DNA of 64,000 bases. Source: Sphaerodactylus townsendi (Eukaryota). The stretch's first letter is position 1, and the number at the start of each line of letters is the position of its first letter. The position numbers were made by a program, and so were the translations under genes. Below the pieces are notes generated by a model. It saw nothing but the letters and a program-made list of their open reading frames with translations, searched no databases and had not been told where the DNA came from. The DNA is taken from NCBI RefSeq assembly GCF_021028975.2, contig NC_059430.1, forward strand, positions 51,522,001 to 51,586,000. Reading direction: 5' to 3'. Below, in pieces: positions 62,770 through 64,000 of the stretch.

Positions 62770-63608
62770 AGGTTATGAACGTATTTCTAAGGAATCTCCA
62801 CCAGCTGCTAAGAGTGTAACAGCTCACAAATATCTGTAAAATAGTGATGGGGAAAATAACTTGGCTTGGCAATGCTTTGGGGGAATTGCTCACTTGGCGA
62901 TGCGAGAGGCAGACTGGGATGGGATCTTTTAGACTATGTACACGGGGAAATATAGCATAGAGCGTTCCGCAGAGTAGCACAAGGAGTCCAAATCAAGTTT
63001 AAAATGTTTATATAAATTTGGTTTCAAGCATACATACAGGAAGATATGGAGGCACATACACACAAGTTCCTAGAGATATAAAAAGGTGAGAAAAATAGGT
63101 TTGGATGATAGAAAGGGAATTGGGAAGGTAGCAGGGTGATACGTTACCTAATGGTTCCAATGCAGCAGACGAAGTAGAAGGCAGGGACTCTATACCAGCA
63201 CAGAGATCCCATAGAAGGACGATATTGTGTCTCACACCAACTTGACCTAGGGAGGTTCAGGTTAGAAATGAGCAATGAGCTTAAGGTGAGTAGGGCTTTT
63301 ATAGGGTGAATAGCTTGGCGGGAAAAGAGACCCTTTGCATTAGGTTTCATTTCTTACAGCTGTGCTGGGTTGCAGGGGTTGAACTAATCAGCAGCTCTAT
63401 CTATTGTCCTAAACCCAGGGGCTGGTAGCCAATTGTTTCCTTGATTACATTAGCAACACCTTGAATAGGTGGTCGGAAGAGCAAGTCTCCAGCTTTTGTA
63501 ATTTAGCTGAGGCAGGAGGATTACATCAGGGATGGGAGCACTTAGGAGCTTTTAGGAACAGCTGAAGGGAAGGGAAGTTGCAGAATCTCAATTCAAGGGA
63601 TAGTTCAC
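62770..63608 (-). mobile_element. Possible solo LTR
   Basis: Short inverted ends tatgaac / gttcaca, TATA-like ctataaaa on the minus strand (~63300); no TSD found. Confidence 0.3.
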
Positions 63609-64000
63609 ATTTATAATTCTATTGACTGTAGCTCTGGCTTGGGTGTGGACATCAAGGAGCAAATGAGTAGATTTATTTTCTACTGATTGTTTGCTATTCC
63701 TTAGGCTTGCTGTTAGCCCATTTTATCCTGCACCACACCATATATATTTGTTAGCCTTAATATAACTCAGAAATATATCTCACATATCTTGTATTCATAA
63801 ATATCCCAGCTTGGATGCGTGATTTAAGATGTGGGGTGGAAGGGGTACATAACAGCCCATAGAGCTATTTGAGCATCAGAAGGGTTTTTGAATTTCCCTC
63901 TTTTCTGTGCCACCCAGATGCTGCAAATTTCCCCTCCCCCCCCCTCCAGTCTGGATTGCGCTCTTGTAGTTTTTGTTAGCTGCCTTGGGAACTCTCAGAT

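Overview
Vertebrate genomic DNA from a draft assembly with four N-gaps. It is very likely a squamate and probably a gecko, judged from recalled repeat consensi (Squam2/Squam3-like SINEs, L2/CR1/L1/Penelope relics, hAT and Harbinger MITEs). I found no convincing host protein-coding exon or RNA gene, so the window looks like a large intron or intergenic DNA. The dominant feature is a ~5.4 kb GC/CpG-rich tyrosine-recombinase retrotransposon of Ngaro (DIRS-order) type at ~29,681-35,062. It carries gag-like/Cys-His knuckle, RT, RNase H and YR modules plus an extra SGNH-hydrolase-like ORF, has att-like inverted termini, and lacks the trailing A2-B2 repeats. Two probable solo A-B remnants of related elements lie at ~9.7-10.3 kb and ~55.4-56.0 kb. 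Other notable items: seven hAT insertions (six with both 8-bp target-site duplications visible, one apparently carrying captured host DNA); a ~320-bp two-triplet SINE tail; a perfect 67-bp duplication of a transposon junction 3,072 bp away; decayed hammerhead ribozymes in Penelope tails; and several candidate conserved non-coding segments. Family names come from pattern recognition, not from database searches.
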